Assembly: GCA_902802575.1 (NCBI GenBank)
Contig: CADCMN010000001.1
Location: 18,410 to 82,409 of the forward strand
Direction of reading: 5' to 3'
From: an uncultured Eubacteriales bacterium
GTDB lineage: Bacteria > Bacillota > Clostridia > Christensenellales > CAG-138
DNA: 64,000 nucleotides
Below, piece by piece: positions 18,933-29,856 of this stretch (positions within the stretch are counted from its first letter, which is position 1; every line of letters starts with the position of its first letter). The notes under the pieces were generated by a model that was given only the letters and a program-made list of their open reading frames with translations, searched no databases and had not been told where the DNA came from. The translations under genes were made by a program, and so were the position numbers.

Positions 18933-19970
18933 TTAAAAGCATCTCTGCTTACGTTCGCTCTTGCAGCGCTCGATGTTCCCGCAACGATAGCAAAGCTCGT
19001 TGTCGCACATACCGCCGTTTTCAAAGTACGACAGGATGTTGTTCACGGTCGTCTCAGCGATGTTGTTCAGCGCTTCCTCGGTCAGAAACGCCTGATGCGA
19101 CGTCACGATCACGTTCGGCATGGAGATCAGCCGGGACAGCAAATCGTCATTCAGAATATGTCCGGAGCGATCTTCGAAGAAAATATCCGCTTCCTCCTCA
19201 TATACATCGAGACACGCCGCACCGATCTTGCGTGCCTTGATGCCGTCCAACAGCGCTTCCGCGTCGATCAGCCCGCCGCGGGAGGTGTTGAGGATTACGA
19301 CACCCTTTTTCATCTTCGCGATTGCATCAGCATCGATCATGTGCCGCGTTTCGTCTGTCAGCGGACAGTGCAGGGAGATCACGTCGCTCTTTGCAAACAG
19401 CTCGTCGAGCGTAACATATTCGATCCCGCTGTCTGCTGCCGGAAATCGGTCGTAGGCGATCACATGCATTCCAAAGCCGCGGCAGATATCAATGAAGATG
19501 CGGCCGATCTTGCCCGTACCGATCACGCCGATCGTCTTACCATGAAGATCGAAGCCGGTCAACCCTTTTAGTGAGAAATTGAACTCCCGCGTACGGTTGT
19601 ACGCCTTATGGATGCGGCGAACGGAAGTTAACAGAAGCGCCATCGCGTGCTCCGCAACCGCATAGGGCGAATAGGCGGGTACGTGAACGACGTGCACCTT
19701 GCCGAATGCGGCGCGGACATCCACGTTGTTATACCCCGCCGAACGCAGCGCGATCAGCTTGACCCCGTTTTTATAGAGCTTGTCGATCACGGCGGCGTTT
19801 GCCGTGTCGTTGACGAAGATGCAGACAGCGTCGCAGCCCGCCGAGAGCGCGGCGGTATCCCCGTTCAATTTGGTTTCAAGAAAGCGGAACTGCATGTCAT
19901 GCAGTTTTCCATATTTCTCGAATGACGGCTTGTCATATGGCTTTGCATCATAGAATGCAACTTTGATCAT
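18933..19970 (-). CDS. ldhA: D-isomer-specific 2-hydroxyacid (D-lactate-type) dehydrogenase with Cys-rich C-terminal tail
   Basis: Start chosen at MIKVAFYD (GGAGGG RBS 7 nt upstream). GVIGTGKIGR NAD motif. C-terminal CDNELCYRCGNIERCKSERKQRCF extension. Confidence 0.85.
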   Translation of the reverse strand: MIKVAFYDAKPYDKPSFEKYGKLHDMQFRFLETKLNGDTAALSAGCDAVCIFVNDTANAAVIDKLYKNGVKLIALRSAGYNNVDVRAAFGKVHVVHVPAYSPYAVAEHAMALLLTSVRRIHKAYNRTREFNFSLKGLTGFDLHGKTIGVIGTGKIGRIFIDICRGFGMHVIAYDRFPAADSGIEYVTLDELFAKSDVISLHCPLTDETRHMIDADAIAKMKKGVVILNTSRGGLIDAEALLDGIKARKIGAACLDVYEEEADIFFEDRSGHILNDDLLSRLISMPNVIVTSHQAFLTEEALNNIAETTVNNILSYFENGGMCDNELCYRCGNIERCKSERKQRCF

Positions 19971-20084
19971 GCACATCCCTCCGATTTGCTTTACATATAC
20001 GATTTCGCCGGACATATGCGGGCATACGTCCGGCGCTTCCTAATTGTATTCTACCGCAATTTGGCTGTAATTACAAGTATTACA

Positions 20085-20858
20085 TCAAAACTTGCCATTC
20101 TGGTTCTGCCACGTATCCTTGTCCGCGATTGTCTCCATGACGTCCCAGTGCTCAGCGATCTTGCCGTTCTCTACTCTCCACAGATCATAGTAAGAAGTAG
20201 GCACTCCGCCGAAGGTTCCTTCGGAAACCGCAAGAACATAATCGCCCTGTGCCAGCACCTGATGCACGGTGGTATAGATCATCTGGATGCCTGCTTCGGC
20301 AAGAGATGCCAGAGCTGCGCCGAGACCGGAGAGCCCATCAGCAATGCCGGTATTGTGCTGGATATACTTGTCGTCGTCGAAGTATTCAGGCGTTTTCTGC
20401 GGGTTATTTCCCTGCATCACGTCATACAGGAAGTTCTTGACCAACTCGCGGTTTGCTTCGGTCTTGTCAAGATCCTTCACGGAAGCGACATTATCGATCT
20501 GCGTATGACCGGAGGGGTTCGGTTCAGCTTTGGCAGCGAGGTTATCCCAATGCTCGGCGATCTTCCCATCTGCATCGAAGCGGAAGATGTCGAACGCAAC
20601 CTGCTCACCCATACCTGCGAAGTTGTAAACGGTCTGCAGGAATACCTTGTCGCCGTCCTCGTAGGCGCGGATGTTGTTAACTGTGGTCTTCACAGGAGCG
20701 GAGCCAAGATAGGCAACGCTGCCGACAAATGCATCCGCACCGGTGCCGTAGGCTAGGTTGTGCTGGATATAGCCGGGAGCCAGAAGTTCCTTCGCGGTCT
20801 CGGTGTCGCCGGTAACGAAGCAGTTGATCAGAGTAAGGGCTTTTTCGATGTTTGTCAT
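20085..20858 (-). CDS. tandem SnoaL/NTF2-like fold protein
   Basis: Start at MTNIEKAL (AGGAGG RBS). Two similar halves, each with ..YIQHN.. and ..IAEHWD.. motifs. Confidence 0.65.
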   Translation of the reverse strand: MTNIEKALTLINCFVTGDTETAKELLAPGYIQHNLAYGTGADAFVGSVAYLGSAPVKTTVNNIRAYEDGDKVFLQTVYNFAGMGEQVAFDIFRFDADGKIAEHWDNLAAKAEPNPSGHTQIDNVASVKDLDKTEANRELVKNFLYDVMQGNNPQKTPEYFDDDKYIQHNTGIADGLSGLGAALASLAEAGIQMIYTTVHQVLAQGDYVLAVSEGTFGGVPTSYYDLWRVENGKIAEHWDVMETIADKDTWQNQNGKF

Positions 20859-21322
20859 GGTAGTGACCTCCTGAAAGATATTTGATGTAACCGTCGTGAT
20901 TTCATCTGGATGCAATATAGCACATCCTTGTTGTAATGTCAATAGTTACATCTAAAATTTTTTGGTTTTTTGTTCTGTGTTGCTTCAAGCTATTTTTGAG
21001 GATTGTCTAAATGAAAAAGGAGAGCGGCATTGCAACACTCATTGTCGAATCCTGCAAAGGAGTTATATCGGGGTTTAAGGGGACACCCTTACGAACGGAT
21101 TTTGCGGCAAATGCCAGCAAAATCCAATGCTGGCTAATCCTCAACAGATCATCCTCTTTCTTCAGCGCCTTTCGGATCGGGTTTATCATGGGTATTATGC
21201 GCTGAAGGCGGATTAGAGGCGGCAGAAACGATCTCTTTCGCTTCCGCGCATGGCAGAATAGGATGCGAGCAAGTTACGAGTCCGAATAAACGGACTTGCA
21301 TTCTAAGTGAAAAATAAAGTTC

Positions 21323-21352
21323 TTGCTTTTTCGGCAAGGTGTGCCGTATAAT
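21323..21352 (+). promoter_or_regulatory. candidate sigma-70 promoter
   Basis: TTGCTT, 18 nt, TATAAT, inside a ~1.1-kb non-coding lower-GC stretch. Confidence 0.35.
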
Positions 21353-21358
21353 CGTATT

Positions 21359-21538
21359 GTCGAAAGCGGAACCGCCGAGACAAATTGAAAACTGAATAAC
21401 GCAAAACAGTTTCTAATCGCGCAAGCGGGGCAGGATCCGCAAGGACTGAAAAACCACCAAGCACCGTACGAAATTGGATTGAGATCGGATAGGAATATCC
21501 GCCGTCTCAGTTCATTTTGTACGGTGCTTTTTCTTTTC
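21359..21538 (+). ncRNA. candidate ~180-nt structured small RNA (family unknown)
   Basis: Lies downstream of the promoter above. Ends in a 10-bp helix AGCACCGTAC/GTACGGTGCT (21460-21469 / 21519-21528) followed by TTTTTCTTTT. Has internal GCGG..CCGC hairpins and no convincing ORF. Confidence 0.3.
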
Positions 21539-22072
21539 TCGGCAGCCGGACGATCAAAGTATTTTTGAACGATGTCGTTTTTCGGCATTCCAGCCCCCTG
21601 TAACTAAACAGAAAGGTCAAAAGGAGAGGCAACTAAATGCCGCAAAAATATATTTTCAAAAACCACCGCCCAAAAACGCAAAAATGTTCCCCAAAGAAAG
21701 TAGAGGGACTTATTCAGAAGCACCTTGAAAACCGAATATTGAAAACGCACAAATGAAGGATTTATGAACAGTTCCTCTGAAACTGCAAAAAACGGCTGCA
21801 ATTTCGCATTGGGTATGAGAGGCAGAGAATTGTGAAGAAACTGCAAATCCTTTCCAATTCACCTCTGAAATTTCACCAATGCACAGTGAAAGGATTTTGA
21901 ATGCGACCGGCAAGAGAGAACGCCGGTGCAGATACACCGTTTCCCCCGATCAAGGAAACGAGACCGTTGCCGCTTCGGGACGCCGGAGCGTTAAGAACTG
22001 AAATCGACGAAAGAGAGGTACAAACCATGAATCCTTACAACCAAACAAACAACCTTGCGGAGGCATCCCGAC

Positions 22073-22918
22073 ATGAAAGCATCCGGTGAAAAAGTAACGA
22101 ACATTGCGATCGATCAGATTCATCCGTTTCCGAATCATCCGTTTCAGGTGAACGACGACGAAGCAATGGAGCGCCTGAAAGAAAGCATTTCGCTCAACGG
22201 CGTGTTGACGCCCGCAACGGTACGGCAGTTGCCGGACGGATCGTTTCAGATGGTTTCCGGTCATCGGCGCATGGCGGCGTGTAAAGCGCTGGGTATGGAG
22301 AAGATGCCGGTGATCGTTAGGGAGATGGACGACATCACCGCAACGCTGACGATGGTGGATTCCAACCGGCAGCGCGAATCGCTGCTGCCGAGCGAGAAGG
22401 CGAACGCCTACAAAATGCGGCAGGACGCCTTGAAAAGCCGTTCCGTGGGACAAGTTGTCCCACAGGGCGGACGGACGACCGAGCAGATCGGAAATGAGAC
22501 CGGCGAAAGCTACAAGACCGTGCAGCGGTTTATCCGGCTGACGAAGCTCATCCCACCGCTGCTGCAAATGGTGGACGAAGGCAAGATGGGCATGATTCCG
22601 GCGGTCGAGCTTTCCTACCTTCCGACAAAGGAACAGGAGGCGGTGCTGTCCGCCATCGAAGCAGAGCAGAGCGTCCCGTCGCTCGCACAGGCGAAAGCGT
22701 TGCGAAAGAGCTATGTCGAGGACGAGTTCACCGACGATACCCCGCTTTGCGTTCTGTCTGACAGCAAGTGGAAACCGGCGGAGAAGCTGACGCTGCCTAT
22801 GGAGCGCTTTGCAAAGTTCTTTCCGAAAGACGCCACGCCGAAGCAAATGGAGCAGGCGATGCTGGAGGGCTTGGAACTGCGGCAGAAGCGGATTCGGTCG
22901 CGGCAGCAGGAACGGTAA
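22073..22918 (+). CDS. ParB N-terminal (ParB/Srx) domain protein
   Basis: ORF 22055..22918; ATG at 22073 has a GGAGG RBS. IDQIHPFPNHPF and VSGHRRMAACKALG motifs. Confidence 0.8.
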   Translation: MKASGEKVTNIAIDQIHPFPNHPFQVNDDEAMERLKESISLNGVLTPATVRQLPDGSFQMVSGHRRMAACKALGMEKMPVIVREMDDITATLTMVDSNRQRESLLPSEKANAYKMRQDALKSRSVGQVVPQGGRTTEQIGNETGESYKTVQRFIRLTKLIPPLLQMVDEGKMGMIPAVELSYLPTKEQEAVLSAIEAEQSVPSLAQAKALRKSYVEDEFTDDTPLCVLSDSKWKPAEKLTLPMERFAKFFPKDATPKQMEQAMLEGLELRQKRIRSRQQER

Positions 22919-23103
22919 TCGGAGATGGATGGGGCTTCCTTCTTTGGTAGGTATTTGGCATGGGGGACGCTGCTCCCCCGTACCGGATCGATCCGATGCA
23001 GCCATGGCTGCGTTGGATTAGCGAGCATTGAATTTTGCCGGCATTCGGCCAAATTCGTAACGTAAGGGAGTTCCCTTAAACCCCAGCATATGACAAAAAA
23101 GGA

Positions 23104-23515
23104 GATCAAACACATGAAACGCACCAATAAAATCACGTTCCGGCTATCGGATCAAGAGCTTGCCCGGTTCAAGCAGCAGGTCAAGGAAAGCGGATTGTTT
23201 CAGGAAACATATCTGCGGTTTCTGATCGAGGGCTTTTGCCCAAATCAGCTTCCTCCGCCGGAGTTCTGGAAAGAAATGGGAGGTTTTTTCAAAGCGTTGG
23301 GCAATCTGGATGAATTGGCAAAAATCGCGTATCGCACCGGAAACATCCATTACGAGGAAATCCGGGAAATGTATCGGGACATAGCCGAGCATATTCACCG
23401 GATCGAGGATGAAATCTTTCATCATGTTCCTATTGACCTGCGGAGCATTCCAAAGAAAGACCGTCCGAAACAGAAGTACAAAGCACCCGCGAAACAGGAG
23501 GAAGAACAGGCATGA
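23104..23515 (+). CDS. MobC-like / ribbon-helix-helix mobilisation accessory protein
   Basis: ORF 23090..23515; ATG at 23104 follows AAGGAG. KITFRLSDQELARFK..YLR pattern. Confidence 0.55.
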
Positions 23516-23715
23516 AAGATATGAACGGAAAAGCAGATGATTGCATCGTTTCGCTGATCCCTTATCTGTACGACAGCATGGAAGCGGCGACGCAGCCGGA
23601 GACCTTTACCGTGCAGATCGGGAAAACGGAATATGTGGTCAACACCCATTTCAATCCGAACGGTCGGCAAACCATGTTTCAGCAAATGAAGGACTTGATT
23701 CTGCGGCAAGATTGA
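23512..23715 (+). CDS. tnpW: TnpW family small protein
   Basis: 67 aa. IGKTEYVVNTHF....GRQT......KDLILR pattern. Start overlaps upstream stop (ATGA). Confidence 0.65.
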   Translation: MKDMNGKADDCIVSLIPYLYDSMEAATQPETFTVQIGKTEYVVNTHFNPNGRQTMFQQMKDLILRQD

Positions 23716-23737
23716 CAGGCGGAGCCGGGTGCAGTAG

Positions 23738-25468
<1,731 letters not shown>

Positions 25469-25516
25469 CGGAAACGGAGCAGCCCTTTCGGACTGCTCCG
25501 CCCCTCACACAAGAAA

Positions 25517-25582
25517 ACTTCCTTATCGGTATCGCCCTAATCGGGTGGCTGTTTCTTTGGTATTTTTGGGAGGGACTCGAAC
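25517..25582 (-). repeat. right arm of interrupted palindrome (inverted copy of tRNA-Val T-loop and trailer)
   Basis: Its reverse complement reads gttcgagtccct-cccaaaaat-accaaagaaacagccaccc-gattagggcgat-accgataaggaagt. Confidence 0.85.
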
Positions 25583-25729
25583 GGATGCGGGAGTGAAAGG
25601 AGCGCCGGTGGCGCTCCAGAGCCTGCCCATGGGCTTCGCCCGGCCTCACTGAAACAGCTCCACCGGAGCTTTTTCCTGGCGCTCGGCTCCAACCAAGCCG
25701 CAGCGTAAATTCGAGTCCCTATCCCGCCG
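25568..25729. repeat. multi-hairpin module closed by T-arm-like inverted repeat; right end is a tRNA 3'-end-like fragment
   Basis: GGGAGGGACTCGAA (25568-25581) pairs with TTCGAGTCCCTATCCC (25710-25725). A second helix is TGCGG/CCGCA. Internal hairpins: GGAGCGCC-GGT-GGCGCTCC, GGGC-TTC-GCCC, CAGCTCC-ACC-GGAGCT. 25710-25729 reads T-loop + CCCTA + TCCCGCC + G. Confidence 0.6.
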
Positions 25730-26159
25730 TCAGAGCAACAGTCTTGTCTTCCGACCTTTCCTCGCTTCTTGCCGGCAGAAACGCCATGGTCAGCAGGGAC
25801 AACAGCAGGCACAGGCCGCCGGATAGCCAATAAAACATGGTGAGCTGGCTGCTGGTGCCGTAGATCTCCAGGGCGCCGGAGAAAAGACTGCCCACCGTCA
25901 GGGCTGAGATGCCGAAATGCCACAGCTGCCAGGCCACGGCGGAGGGGAAACGGCGGCCATTTCTGGCCAGTAAAAAGGCGGGGAGGAGGCCGCCCAGCAA
26001 GGGGAAGGCGAAGGCATACAGCATACCGTAGGCATAGACGCCGTGGCTGAACAGTTCATACACCGCGCCAAAGGCGGCGCTGAAGATGGTGACCATCAGA
26101 TATCCAAATGCTATGCGAAAACAGGCCTTTCGCTGGGGTTCAAAGGGTGATGCAGACAA
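25719..26159 (-). CDS. small polytopic membrane protein
   Basis: 146 aa, about 4 TM helices. Its stop codon lies inside the tRNA-like fragment. Confidence 0.6.
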   Translation of the reverse strand: MSASPFEPQRKACFRIAFGYLMVTIFSAAFGAVYELFSHGVYAYGMLYAFAFPLLGGLLPAFLLARNGRRFPSAVAWQLWHFGISALTVGSLFSGALEIYGTSSQLTMFYWLSGGLCLLLSLLTMAFLPARSEERSEDKTVALTAG

Positions 26160-27144
26160 TGTCGCTCACGCTCCTTTCCGAAATCTTTTTTCCGTTGGTG
26201 GTGGGGCGGTTGACCACGTCGCCCTGGAAGACCATGGTGGAAGAGCCGCCGCCGTCCAGGTTATACGCTGTCTTCGCGCCCAAGTCCAGCAGCACCTGGG
26301 CCAGTTCCTGAAGGGAGAGTCCTTCGCTGACGCTGGTTCGTCCATCGGAGACGACGAACAGATAGTGCAGCGTATCGACGATGCCGATGGCGGTGCGCGG
26401 ATTGCTGGCCATGGCCTGCCCCACTTCATCGTTTTCGTCCACGGAGATATCGCCGTCGATCAACAGAGCCGGCCCGAAGGAGAGGACGTTCCAGGCCCCC
26501 TTGGCCAACAGCTCCTGCGCGGTGATCTCTGATTCGTTGACGATTTCAAAGCTGCCATCCTGGTAGATCACCAGATCCTCCCCATTTCGCTTGGCTTTGC
26601 TGCGGTATAGCACGCCGTTTCGTATGACGTAGCCGGATTCTCTTGCGCCGTAGTAATCCCCGTTGATGGCCAGAACGGCGTTCGCCTCCTCGGCGATGCT
26701 GCTGGTTTTCGCCTTCACGTTCCGCCCGTAGACGCTGTTCGCGAGAGCCGTTTGCAGATATTCGGGAGAGGAGAGGACCACGTCGGCCACATAGACGGTG
26801 GAATCATAGGCGCGTATTTCCGAAATGGTGATGGAAACATTGCCGTCCGAATAGCTGTTCTCCGTGGAGACGATGGGCACGGCCGTGGCAGGGGCCTGCG
26901 TCGCTTCCGGCGTGGCGCTGAGTATGACCGATTGCTCCTGCGTTGCGGCGGCAGAGGCGGCGACGGGCGCTGCTTCGGCCGATTGCACGGCCTGGGGGGA
27001 CGCTGTGGACGGGCTTTCGGCGGCGGAGGGCTCCACGGCGGAATAGGTGTGTTCGATCACAAAGGTGTCCAATGCCGCAAAGACGGTAAAGCCGAACAGG
27101 AGCATGGCCCACGCAAGGCTGATGATTTTTTGACCGCGCTTCAT
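26140..27144 (-). CDS. phosphodiester glycosidase (NAGPA/DUF2233) family protein
   Basis: 334 aa. Signal anchor. VLAINGDYYG and AYNLDGGGSS motifs. Paralog of 12388..13596. Confidence 0.8.
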   Translation of the reverse strand: MKRGQKIISLAWAMLLFGFTVFAALDTFVIEHTYSAVEPSAAESPSTASPQAVQSAEAAPVAASAAATQEQSVILSATPEATQAPATAVPIVSTENSYSDGNVSITISEIRAYDSTVYVADVVLSSPEYLQTALANSVYGRNVKAKTSSIAEEANAVLAINGDYYGARESGYVIRNGVLYRSKAKRNGEDLVIYQDGSFEIVNESEITAQELLAKGAWNVLSFGPALLIDGDISVDENDEVGQAMASNPRTAIGIVDTLHYLFVVSDGRTSVSEGLSLQELAQVLLDLGAKTAYNLDGGGSSTMVFQGDVVNRPTTNGKKISERSVSDIVCITL

Positions 27145-27169
27145 ACGGGCCTCCTTCCATACATGGTTT

Positions 27170-27838
27170 TCATAGGGCGTCGCTGTCCTCCATCTTTTCC
27201 GAGAGCAGTATCTCCAGATTCCCGTTCCGGCAGCGCAGCTCGTCGATGAAGGCTTGGGCGGCGTTGGGATCCTTCAGCTCCAGGTCATAGGAGAGCTTAT
27301 AGAGGCTCCCCATGTTGGAGGTCCGGGTCTTGATAAGCTTGTGGCGATTGGCGTAGCGGGCGAACAGGTCGTCGAAGGCGCCGGCGATCTGCAAGGTTTC
27401 GGGAACGGTGATGTGCAGCTCGTACATGGGGCGCTGACCAAAGGACAGGGTGGAGAGAAGGACCATCACCAGGCTCACCAGCAGGGTGAAGAACAGGGCG
27501 ATGACCACGTACCCGGCAGCGCAGGCTAGACCCGCCGTCATCACGAGAAAGATGGCGGAGATATCCCTGGCCTTCCCGGCTGCGGATCGAAAACGGACCA
27601 GGGAGAAGGCGCCCGCCACGGCAATGCCTGTGCCCACGCTGCCGTTGACCATGAGGATCACGGTGCAGACCACCATGGGCAGCACCACCAGGGAGATCAA
27701 AAACCCTTTGCTGGTATCGCCAAAGCGGCTCATGATGAGAGCGGCTATGAGGCCGCAAGCCCCGGCGACGGCCAGGCAGATCAAAAACAGGCTGACAGAA
27801 AAGCCGCCGGACAGTATGGAATCAAAAATTGCTGACAT
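27170..27838 (-). CDS. DUF4956 family membrane protein
   Basis: 222 aa. 4-5 TM N-terminal half plus soluble C-terminal half. Overlaps the upstream VTC gene by 17 nt. Confidence 0.7.
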   Translation of the reverse strand: MSAIFDSILSGGFSVSLFLICLAVAGACGLIAALIMSRFGDTSKGFLISLVVLPMVVCTVILMVNGSVGTGIAVAGAFSLVRFRSAAGKARDISAIFLVMTAGLACAAGYVVIALFFTLLVSLVMVLLSTLSFGQRPMYELHITVPETLQIAGAFDDLFARYANRHKLIKTRTSNMGSLYKLSYDLELKDPNAAQAFIDELRCRNGNLEILLSEKMEDSDAL

Positions 27839-28562
27839 TTTTTATCGCTCCTTTCATGGGAAATGGTTCGCTGTTCTCTTGGCGTGAGCGCAGATAGGCC
27901 GTGCCATACTTGGAGAAGGAAGTCGGCAGGATGGACAGCTCGTTCAGAGCCCGGGCAAAGGCAAGGGGCATGGCGGCGGCGCTCTTCACCTCCATCAGCT
28001 CCAGGCCCAAGGGCAGCAGAGGAGCGCCTCCCGAGCCGCGTTCCAGCAGCAAAGCGGTGTTTCGAGCCCGCGGCGCAGTATCGAAGGTGACGCGAAAGCC
28101 GGCGTCGTCCGCCCATGCATAGGCTTCCCGTTCATAGGAGATGAGCATGGCCGGCTTCGGCCATCCGTAATACCCCATGGCGTAGTCGATCTCCCGCCAG
28201 ATCTGGCTGTTTTCCGGCGGCTTTTCCCCCATCAGGTAGGCTTTGGCGGCGGCAAGCGGCAGGCTCACCCGGCGTTTATAGACCACTCCCTGATATTTCT
28301 TCTTCAGCTCCAGATACACGATGGAATCCGCCTTGGGCGTGCCGTAGCTCCTGAGCCGCAGCTTTTCCTTGTACGCGCCTGCGTCGATGGAGTTGCGGAT
28401 GATCCGATGATCCGGCGTGTCCAAATACAGGCTGCAGATGGTGCTTTTGCCATATTGATCCAATATCAGCTCGTTTTTCAATCGCTGCAGGAGCCGCTTT
28501 TTGGTGACGTCGTCCACAAAATATTTACATTCGATCCGTTTGAATATATAGGTGGTTTCCAT
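27822..28562 (-). CDS. VTC-domain (polyphosphate polymerase-like, CYTH-type) protein
   Basis: 246 aa. FKRIECKY..SLYLDTPD..KLRLRSY..YLELKKKYQGVVYKRR pattern typical of the VTC catalytic tunnel domain. Confidence 0.75.
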   Translation of the reverse strand: METTYIFKRIECKYFVDDVTKKRLLQRLKNELILDQYGKSTICSLYLDTPDHRIIRNSIDAGAYKEKLRLRSYGTPKADSIVYLELKKKYQGVVYKRRVSLPLAAAKAYLMGEKPPENSQIWREIDYAMGYYGWPKPAMLISYEREAYAWADDAGFRVTFDTAPRARNTALLLERGSGGAPLLPLGLELMEVKSAAAMPLAFARALNELSILPTSFSKYGTAYLRSRQENSEPFPMKGAIKNVSNF

Positions 28563-28812
28563 GGCAGGTTCGCTCCTTGTTTTGATAGGTCAATGATATT
28601 GGGCAAAGTTTAAGTTAACCTAAAACAAAAGAGTCGATTCCTGTGAAAAATGTAAACAGAGTGTGACCTGACAAGCGCAAAAGATTGCTCGGACGCCGCC
28701 TGTCAGATCATTTACTAAAAAAATAACGAAAAAGAAAAATGGCGAAAAATCACGTTTACAAAGATAACATATCGTGTTAAACTATTGATATAAACGATAA
28801 AAAGAGGATTGA

Positions 28813-29856
28813 ATGATGGAACAGAAAACGGTGAAACTGACCAAGCTGAGCAAATGCGCGGGCTGCGGCGCCAAGGTGGGCGCGGGCGTGCTGGCTAAAT
28901 TGCTGCAGGACATCAAGGTGCATTCCGATCCCAATCTGCTGGTGGGATTCGATCACAGCGACGATGCGTCGGTGTACAGGATATCCAACGAGTTGGCGCT
29001 GGTGCAGACGGTGGATTTCTTCCCGCCCATTGCAGACGATCCCTATCTCTTTGGGCAAATCGCGGCCACCAACGCCCTGTCCGACGTATACGCCATGGGC
29101 GGGGAGCCAAAGCTCTGCCTCAACATCATGGCGGTGCCGGAGAAAATGCCCATGGATGCGGTCCACGACATCCTGCGGGGGGGCTACGACAAGGTGTACG
29201 AGGCAGGGGCGCTGATCACCGGCGGTCACAGCATCCATGACGACGAACCGAAGTATGGCCTGGCCGTCACGGGATTCGTGCATCCCGACCATGTGCTGAC
29301 CAATTCCGGCGCGCGCCCCGGGGATGTGCTGTTCCTCACCAAGCCCCTGGGCATCGGCATCCTTAGCACGGCGGCCAAGGCGGATATGGTATCAGAGGCG
29401 GGGGAGAGGCGCATGTTTGCGCTCATGACCACCCTCAACCGGGCAGCCCGCGACGTGATGGTCAAATATGAGGTCCATGCCTGTACGGATGTGACGGGTT
29501 TCGGCCTCATGGGCCACGCCTTGGAGATGATGGAAGGGAGCGGCGTGCAGGCAGTCATCGACACCGGGGCGCTGGATCTGATCCCGGAAGCCAAGGAGCT
29601 GGCCAGATATGGGCTGATCCCCGCCGGAGCCTATCGCAACCGCGCCTTTGCGGAGAAGGCGGTGGCGCTGGATGGGATCGAGCTATGCGTCCAAGACATG
29701 CTGTTCGACCCGCAGACCTCCGGCGGACTGCTGATCGCCTGCGCGCCTCGGGATGCGGAGCGGATGTTCCGGGAGCTGCAACAAACCGTTCCCAGCGCCC
29801 AGCGCATAGGAATGGTACAGGCGTATGAGGGCGGGAAGCGGATCTTCCTTCGCTGA
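28813..29856 (+). CDS. selD: selenide, water dikinase (selenophosphate synthetase), Cys form
   Basis: 347 aa. LTKLSKCAGCGAKVG N-terminal active-site loop (Cys, not a TGA codon). AIR-synthase-like body. Confidence 0.9.
   Translation: MMEQKTVKLTKLSKCAGCGAKVGAGVLAKLLQDIKVHSDPNLLVGFDHSDDASVYRISNELALVQTVDFFPPIADDPYLFGQIAATNALSDVYAMGGEPKLCLNIMAVPEKMPMDAVHDILRGGYDKVYEAGALITGGHSIHDDEPKYGLAVTGFVHPDHVLTNSGARPGDVLFLTKPLGIGILSTAAKADMVSEAGERRMFALMTTLNRAARDVMVKYEVHACTDVTGFGLMGHALEMMEGSGVQAVIDTGALDLIPEAKELARYGLIPAGAYRNRAFAEKAVALDGIELCVQDMLFDPQTSGGLLIACAPRDAERMFRELQQTVPSAQRIGMVQAYEGGKRIFLR

Noticed and set aside
25710-25729. A second intact tRNA gene next to the element
   Set aside because: Only the T-loop, the 3' T-stem strand, the acceptor 3' strand and the discriminator are present. 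The upstream sequence (gcagcgtaaa) cannot form the 5' T-stem, and no matching GGCGGGA acceptor strand lies at the right distance.
25560-25735. Possible tRNA-Sec (given the nearby selenium island), tmRNA or SRP RNA
   Set aside because: A TTTCAGT loop (UCA) exists on the minus strand, but the flanking bases do not form an anticodon stem. No 8/5 acceptor/T geometry can be built. The termini do not pair as a tmRNA tRNA-like domain, and the SRP GGAA-tetraloop domain is absent.
28849-28875. Selenocysteine (TGA) codon in selD or other in-frame TGA selenoprotein candidates
   Set aside because: The selD active-site loop is encoded with Cys codons (SKCAGCGAK). I saw no pair of same-frame ORFs split by a single TGA, other than the three frameshift lesions, which change frame rather than read through.
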